Of a DNA stretch of 64,000 nt, positions 56,133 through 64,000 are shown in pieces. The stretch is from Octopus vulgaris (lineage: Eukaryota), in the NCBI GenBank assembly GCA_951406725.2, contig OX597822.1, positions 33,914,001 through 33,978,000 of the forward strand. The letters are read 5' to 3'. The notes under the pieces were generated by a model. The model was not told where the DNA came from. It made no database searches and saw only the letters and a list, made by a program, of their open reading frames with translations. Position 1 is the stretch's first letter, and each line of letters opens with the position of its first letter. The position numbers and the translations under genes are program-made.

Positions 56133-56810
56133 ATTTTAAAAAGTTGATCTAAAAATAAAAATCTGGAAAGCAAAACCATTGTAGAAGAACATCAATCTTC
56201 GTTGGAATCAGATCTTAAAAATAAAAATAAAAATTATTAGAGATATGGCTATAGAGAAAATATTCTTGGGTGACGCTACAATTTTGTAAAATACGTTAGT
56301 TTATATTAACCTAGTTGATGCAGAAGAATAAAATCTATGGCAACTGACATTCTTGTATAGCTAAAAGGCATTAAAAGCTCAAATAAAGTTTTAAGAAATC
56401 AATTTGTGTCAATAATCAGATAGCAAAAATACGATGGAACTATTTAAGACTTCATAGTTGCCGGTACTATTTAACAAATAAACCACAACTGAACGTAAAT
56501 GTCTTTTGTGTATTCTTTAAATGGTTAAAATAGTTCTTCCTTTATATATATATTTGTTTCAGTTTTAAACAAAGTTTCTCATCAATTCAAATCGTCAAAC
56601 AAATACACCTCTGTTTTCAAAGAAGTCTTCTAGCGAAATAGATTCTAAATCTAATGGAAATGCATCTTATCGATAACTAGATTTACTTTCAAGTATGTTT
56701 TAGTCTGTGAATCCAAGGATGGTCAAAAATTCATTTCCTTTAAGATTTTGTGACTTTAGAGACGATTATATTTATATGATTGGAAGTTTTCTTTTATAAA
56801 CAAATAAACG
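56133..56810 (+). other. Probable TMEM26 3' UTR with several AATAAA signals
   Basis: Unique AT-rich sequence after the stop; AATAAA at 56327, 56382, 56477 and 56803. The site actually used cannot be determined. Confidence 0.5.
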
Positions 56811-57564
56811 TGGTGAACTACTCCGACTCGCGAGACAAGTTACTCCAGAACCTATCTAGAGACGTCATATAATAGCCTTTTATACATAACGTGATTAATA
56901 AGTATAAGTATGTATATTAGCAATAATATGCTTGCTTTAATAAGATCTTCGTTTGTTCAAATAACAAAGATTTAATATTATGTCATTGGGAAATTTAAAC
57001 TTTTATATGTGGGTCATTTTGAAGAGCTGCCGTACACTTTCCGTTTCTCTCTCTCTCTCTCTCTTTCTTTCTCTTTTTCTCTCCCTCTCTATTTCTCTCT
57101 TTCTTTCTTACCCACTTTCACACACCTCTACACACATCCACACTCACATATACACACTCACTCATTCCCACTCCCATACAGGATGATCACGGCTGGAACG
57201 CATTCGATCATGTGTCTTCTATTCGACGATGCCTGACTTTAAAGTCGAACGGTAAGGCTTTGTAGGATGTACCGTGCTTTCCCTAATGGTTTTAGGTGCT
57301 CACAATATTGCGAATGGACATAGATAGCAGGGCCTCTTAACAGCATTATAGATCCCCTGAGCATATCCGTGCATTGGGGCCAATAGCATTTACTTATTGA
57401 CAGCAAGCTACATCATACATAGATTAGAATTGAGTCCCTGTGCCCGTGGGGTACCCGTACAACTGCCCAGTGTTCCAATACCTTCAGGCGGCGCTGATGG
57501 ACACTCTCTCGACCTCCTCACATCGAACCAACAGAATATCCAGGACGTGACAGCTGAGGACAGA

Positions 57565-57595
<31 letters not shown>

Positions 57596-57600
57596 GGGGA

Positions 57601-57636
<36 letters not shown>

Positions 57637-58369
57637 AGAAAGAAGAAAAGTAAGAGAACGGCCCCACTCATTCTGTTAGCAGTTAGAACTTTTTACAGCT
57701 GAGTAAACTGGAGCAATGTGAAACGAAGTACCTTACTCAAGGGCGCAACACACCACCTGGTTTAAGCATTGAACCTGCAAACTTATAAACACGACTAAAA
57801 GAACCTTAACCACTAGGCCACGGCGCCTTCCACAAATGTATAATTATATTGCTTCGGTGAGAGGAAATGTCTCTAAATATATGTTAGTTGACAGGTCAAA
57901 TGTAAATTATTAATTTCTATCGTAATAACTGCTAAAATTGCCAAACAAGTTGATGCTTAGACGGAAAATTGCGCATTGCCCATTGTTACTTTTACGCTAT
58001 ATACCTTGAACCTATAATTTAGACTGAAATAAATATCAAGTCAGATGTATTTGGACTGCAGCCAAAGAGTACATATCATACGAAAACACTGAATTTCCAT
58101 CTCAAGCACATATTGGCCGATACCTACCAATTAAGTCGAGTGAGCAGCTAGAGTCTAGTAAAGAGGGAAAAAAAGACGAAGAAAAATTTGGAAGAAAACG
58201 AAAAGAAAAAGTAAGAGTAAGTGTATTTATTAGACAATGGACATCTTGTTGCTTTCAGTGGAAGTAAATCATCAGAGGAAGTCAGTACAAAACAATAGAT
58301 TTTTAATAAAGAAAGGAAAATGAGAGCAAGTGATCGAACGAAGGTTTTTTTGTTAATTCTTTATTAATA

Positions 58370-59136
58370 TTAGTTTCAAACTTTAGCACAAAGCCACCAA
58401 GTTTAGGGGATGGGTAAGTCAATTACATTGACTTTAGTATTCAACTGATATTTATTTTATTGACCCCGAAATGGATGAAAGGTAAAGTTGACGTCGGTGG
58501 AATTTAAACTCACAACATCAAGACAGACGAAATACATATTTCCTTACTACCCACAAGGGGCTAAACACCGAGAGGACAAACAAGGACAGACAAACGGATT
58601 AAGTCGATTATCTCGACCCCAGTGCATAACTGGTACTTATTTAATCGACCCCGATAGGATGAAAGGCAAAGTCGACCTCGGCGGAATTTGAACTCAGGAC
58701 GTAATGGCAGAGGAAATACCAATTTCTTTACTACCCACAAGGAGCTAAACACATAGAGGACAAACAAGAACAGACAAACGGATTAAGTCGATTATATCGA
58801 CCCCAGTGCGCAACTGGTACCTATTTAATCGACCCCGATAGGATGAAAGGCAAAGTCGACCTCGACGGAATTTGAACTCAAAACGTAATGGCAGACGAAA
58901 TACCTATTTCTTTACTACCCACAAGGGGCTAAACACAGAGGGGACAAACAAGGGCAGACAAACGGATTAAGTCGATTACATCGACCCCAGTGCGTAACTG
59001 ATACTTAATTTATCAACCTCGAAAGGATGAAAGGCAAAGTCGACCTCGGCGGAATTTGAACTGAGAACGTAGCGGTAGACGAAATACCGCTAAGCATTTC
59101 GCCCAGCGTGCTAATGATTCTACCAGCTCGCCGCTT
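58370..59136 (-). mobile_element. Family B SINE multimer: one head, three ~183-bp bodies, then an older body
   Basis: TACTACCCACAAGG recurs at about 58545, 58730 and 58913. Confidence 0.9.
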
Positions 59137-59406
59137 TGATCTGAAATCAATATTAAAGGTGGCAAGCTGATACAATCATTAGCAAGACGGACAAAATGTT
59201 CAGCGGCCTTTCTTCAAGCTCTTTACGTTCTGAGTTCAAATCCCACCGCGGTCAAAGGGGAGGGAGTACTGTAATAATGGTAGACAATTTAAACACAAGG
59301 AAAATTTTGAAGGAAGAAACACCGCATTTTTTCCGATGCTTTAACGATTCTGCTAGCTCGCCGCCCCAAGTGGCATTTATATAGCTACTCAGCCATTCCT
59401 TTATAT

Positions 59407-59626
59407 CAGTGGCTTTCAACCAGGGTTCCGCGGAACCTTAGGGTTCCGCTAGTACAGTCCAGGGGTTCCGCAAAAAGTTACAAAACTGCTAAAATCAGCA
59501 GTAATTTATAATTCTCCTGTGCAGATATGTGTGCATAAGACTATTAAATTATTGCACAGGGGTTCCTCGAGCCAGTGGAATGTTTCACTTGGGGTTCCGC
59601 TCCAGCAAAAAGGTTGAAAAGCACTG
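59407..59626. mobile_element. hAT (Charlie-like) MITE
   Basis: TIRs CAGTGGCTTTCAACC / GGTTGAAAAGCACTG; perfect 8-bp TSD CTTTATAT. Confidence 0.9.
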
Positions 59627-59660
59627 CTTTATATGTTTGACCACTGCAGATTTCTGTCAG

Positions 59661-59705
<45 letters not shown>

Positions 59706-59835
59706 AAAATCTCTTAATGCTGTAAGATGAGCGCAATATATATTCACTGACAGGGGAGGTAAACGCCCCTCAACCGTCTCAAGAATCACTAGACTTGTTT
59801 CAACTATTTCGTTGGCACCATCAGCAGTGACTACT

Positions 59836-60223
59836 TTGTGGAGGCGCAATGGCCCAGTGGTTAGGGCAGCGGACTCGCGGTCGTAGGATCGCGGTTTCGA
59901 TTCCCAGACCGGGCGTTGTGAGTGTTTATTGAACGAAAACACCTAAAGCTCCACGAGGCTCCGGCAGGGGATGGTGGTGATCCCTGCTGTACTCTTTCAC
60001 CACAACTTTCTCTCACTCTTACTTCCTGTTTCTGTTGTACCTGTATTTCAAAGGGCCGGCCTTGTCACTCTCTGTGTCACGCTGAATATCCCCGAGAACT
60101 ACGTTAAGGGTACATGTGTCTGTGGAGTGCTCAGCCACTTACACGTTAATTTCACGAGCAGGCTGTTCCGTTGATCGGATCAACCGGAACCCTCGTCGTC
60201 ATAACCGACGGAGTGCTTCCATC
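59836..60223 (+). mobile_element. Family A SINE, full length (tail type 3)
   Basis: A/B boxes; 11-bp TSD CAGTGACTACT at 59825-59835 and 60224-60234. Confidence 0.92.
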
Positions 60224-60860
60224 CAGTGACTACTCAAACGGTCGATAGTTTGGCTAAATCCAATTGCCAGTATATATTTAATTACCATAAAAATTGATGG
60301 ATGATTTAACGAAATGATAATGCGTATATTCAAAGTTAATATAAACAGCTAGGCGCCATATAATACCAAAAAGGAAAAATTTAATCATCACTAAATGTGA
60401 CTGGATGCTCAGGAAATAGACGAAACTCGCATTTTCGGAAGAAAAAAAATTGTTAATATTTTCAGGGGAAATGTGATTTAAGGGTGGTTTGACTGTTGAT
60501 TCTAGCACATCCAAAGACAACCCTCCTCGTTTCTCTATCGCATGTATTGGTGTTTTTCAATATTTTCCCCTATAAATGCATTTCTCTGCTATAAAAAACA
60601 AAAATGTAAGAAAGCATGAATTATTTGCAACCCCACTCCCTGCCTCCGATAGTTTCTGTTTAGAAATTAAAGTATTGGAGAGCCTGAGAAGGTCATTGCT
60701 GGCATTTATCCACAGTGAGATGTATTTGCATAGCAAGTAACCTGATCTGAGATCGTGTACTGAACAAAAGCTATTGCAGCATGGAAGATGGTTGTAAACT
60801 ATTCAAGAACACAAATATTATTAGTTTCACTTCAACATTAAAACTTCATTTAGGTCAAAA

Positions 60861-61257
60861 CTAGCAGTATCGCCCGGCGTTGCTCGGGTTTGTAAGGGAA
60901 ATAACTACATAAGCATTTTTAGAGAATTATAGCCAAAAAATAGCAAAAAAATGCATTAAAAATGGAAAAAAAATGACGGTAAATTTTTTTTAATTCGTTG
61001 ACTCATCGTAGACATTTTTAGAGAGTTACTTCCCTTATATAATAGCGAAAAAATGCATTAAAATGGAAAAAAATTATGGTAAATTTTTTTTTAAATTGTA
61101 GACTCATCGTAGACGCGCGCTAATACCCAGAAGGGCTCGATATGAATCACGACTATAAGATACCCGGTTTTGGTTAAACTGCACCGCAAAATGTGGGAGT
61201 AGTTAGGAATCTAAATCGTAGGAGACAGACACACAACTTCACTTTTATATATAAAGA
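60861..61257 (-). mobile_element. Non-autonomous Helitron
   Basis: Minus strand A|TC...CCCGAGCAACGCCGGG hairpin...CTAG|T; no TSD; internal tandem duplication. Confidence 0.88.
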
Positions 61258-61345
61258 TATTTTCGTCGCTTTCAAACTGCTTTGAAACCTGTTCACTGAC
61301 AAATCTCCACAAAAGCGATACAGCACGAAGTTTTGTCAGTGAACA

Positions 61346-61382
<37 letters not shown>

Positions 61383-61645
61383 CACACAAACACACGCACG
61401 CACACACACACATACGCACACACATTTATTGCCTTTCATTTGTGTGTATGTGTGAACGAGCGTGTATTGGTGTGTGTGTGTGTGTGTCACTCTCGAAGTT
61501 GTATTTGGAAACTGTAAAGTGCAAGTTTCGAGTACTTGTCGGTAACGTTTTGGTTTCTCTTTTCTCCTCGTCTTCTAATAGTAATTACCAAACTTTCTAG
61601 GCTCTTCTTACGGCTAACCCGCGTTCAAAAATTATACGGGTATTT

Positions 61646-62051
61646 GGATCTTTTCACTTTGACCGGCAGATTTTTTAAATAATTTCTTTGTAACTAAACA
61701 CTTTTAAACTTCGTATACTGGTAGAATGTGTTTATAAAACATCTTTTTCTCTTGGCTTTATTGAGAAAATTCTATAGTTTGTAAGCTATTTGTTCTTTAA
61801 TTTCTTGCATTTTTAATTGTTGACAACGATTTCGGACAAATTGGATTCACCTCAATAGACGTCATTGATTGGTTGAAATTGCCGAAATGCAAGAAATTAA
61901 AGAACAAATAGCTTACAAACAACAGAATTTTCTCAAGAAAGATAAGAGAAAAAGATGTTTTATAAACACATTCTACCAGTATACGAAGTTTAAAAGTGTT
62001 TAGTTACAAAGAAATTATTTTAAAAATCTGCCGGTCAAAGTGAAAAGATCC
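61646..62051. mobile_element. Mutator-like (MULE) foldback MITE
   Basis: About 165-bp TIRs starting GGATCTTTTC; perfect 9-bp TSD CGGGTATTT at 61637-61645 and 62052-62060. Confidence 0.92.
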
Positions 62052-62257
62052 CGGGTATTTTTTTAAATTTTCATTCAATAAATAAGGTTTTTACATTACG
62101 TATATATTAATAGTAAATTAAAACTTAAAAGTGAGAGTGAGAGACTTTGCAAATGAGAATGGAATACTCCGCAGTGAATGCAATGAATATTTAAATTTAC
62201 GAGAAATTGGAATTTTAAAAGAATCAATAAACTTGACAAATCGAAATTATAGGAAAT

Positions 62258-62673
62258 GGATCTTTTCGGTTTGAACGGCAGTTTTTAACATAATTTCTAG
62301 GTAACTAAAAAATTTTAAACTTCCTATACTGGTAGAATGTGTTTATAAAACATCTTTTTCTCTTGGCTTTATTGAGAAAATTCTTTGGTTTGTAAGATAT
62401 TTGTTGTTTTTCTTCTTCAATTTCTGCAATTTCAACTAATCAATTACGTCTATTAAGGTGAAAATATTCTGTGCTGTATGAATATTCCCTCGTTTAAGAA
62501 ACAGATTGGGTTTATTTACATTTCTGAAGAAAAAAAAGATACCTTTCCCCCCACCCCTAACCCTAACCCTAAAACAGATTGAAATGCAATAGATCGATAC
62601 TAGGGTCATAATTATGGGTGACAATTTCATATGACACCGCTAGAAAAAAACGCCCTTCAAACCGAAAAGATCC
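62258..62673. mobile_element. Related MULE-like MITE with short TIRs and internal (CCCTAA)n
   Basis: GGATCTTTTCGGTTTGAA / TTCAAACCGAAAAGATCC; left 190 bp homologous to the 61646 element; no TSD visible. Confidence 0.75.
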
Positions 62674-63203
62674 GAACATGAATTTAAAAAAAATTTTTCC
62701 AGACGATCAACGCTTTAATAATTTCTTTCTTTTAGTACATTTAGTAAGTACTGTATGTATGTTCTTCCACGAGCCATGCCTGGCTCATAGGGCCGGTTTC
62801 CCGGTTTCCTTGGAATATAGGTTCCCCACCTGGACGGGACACCGGACCGTCGTAGGCGAGTTGCAAAATGCAGGAGGAAAGAGTGAGAGAAAGTTGTGGC
62901 GAAAGAGTCAGCAGAGATTCACCATTACCTTCTGCTAGAGCCGCGTGGAGCTCAGGTGTTTCGCTCATAAACACACACATCGCCCGGTCTGAGATTCGAA
63001 CCCGCGATCCCTCGACTGCGAGTCCGCTGCTCTGACCACTAGGCCATGTGCCTTCACTGCCTTAACCACTAGGCCATGTGGCTCCACTAGTAAGTATTAC
63101 ATACCTAATTAATAAGCAGCTTTCTCCATTATAATATAGGCATAGTATAGATGTGTGTGTGTGTATGTACACATATATGTATATATATATATGCGTGTGT
63201 GTA

Positions 63204-63251
<48 letters not shown>

Positions 63252-63291
63252 TATTTACATCCAATTGTATATATATATGTACATCAAAATG

Positions 63292-63329
<38 letters not shown>

Positions 63330-64000
63330 TATATATACATCATACACGTATATATATACACATACGTATTCGGATGTGCATCCGTATATGAAGGGTGTGA
63401 TTGTATGTCTGCGTGCATGCGCAAGTACAAGCGTATGAGCGTATACGCGCGTATATCCACGTGCACGTGCGCACGCACAGATGTGCTAACCTTGTGGAAA
63501 CAAATCTCTCTCTCTCTCTCGCATCGGCCAAGTTCGACGCAGCCAGAATCAAAGCAGCATCTGTCATGCAGCAGAGTTCTTCTGCAATGAGGTTAGGAAT
63601 CTACTTGTACTTCTAGACAAAGGCTATTTATAGACTAATGTGATGACGAACATCTTCGTCTGGTTATTTCCTGCTTCAGAGAGTAGTTTTTACGTCTTTT
63701 CCTGTCGTTGTTACACGCCTCTCGACGTGAAGCGAATGAATGATACACCACCCGCACGCACGCACGCATACGCGAACAAGTGCAATCACATACGCGTACA
63801 TGTGTGTTCGTGTCTGTGTTCGCGTGTCTGTGTATTTGTGTTTATAAGATACTTATATGTCGGTACTGTTTAAGAAGAGTGGTCCCGGTGCGCGCACTCG
63901 TGTACTCGCGCATCGCGCTAGCTAGTCGTGACTAGTCGATCCTACAACGACTACTTAGCAAAGTAAATAAAACACAAAATAAATACTTTTTTTACACAAA

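Noticed and set aside
62555-62572. Telomere or chromosome-fusion site
   Set aside because: Only three units, internal to a TIR element.
63870-63950. CpG-rich stretch near the window end as a promoter
   Set aside because: Too short and at the edge; no downstream context to support it.

Overview
AT-rich, microsatellite-saturated metazoan genomic DNA. The repeat spectrum (tRNA-derived SINEs with Nin/Deu-like and Meta-like central domains, R4/Dong, RTE and CR1 LINE relics, mariner/maT/hAT/MULE/Helitron elements) looks like a coleoid cephalopod, probably Octopus (inference). One protein-coding gene is supported: a + strand TMEM26-family gene with coding exons 16948-17168, 47726-47879 and 54798-56132 (569 aa, introns 30.6 kb and 6.9 kb). 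Nearly all other ORFs in the track are simple-repeat or SINE translation artefacts. Most notable signals: (i) hammerhead-ribozyme (HHR) motifs of the Penelope-like (PLE) minimal type, including one with an intact core (22277-22358, minus) and a TSD-bounded, tRNA-headed, double-HHR foldback insertion (17399-18035); (ii) repeated foldback inverted repeats anchored on (TA)n tracts; (iii) R4/Dong-type retroelements stacked in (TAA)n microsatellites; (iv) a U12-like GTATCCTC donor on intron 2 with no visible U12 branch point. All calls were made by eye; repeat boundaries are approximate unless a TSD or TIR is quoted.
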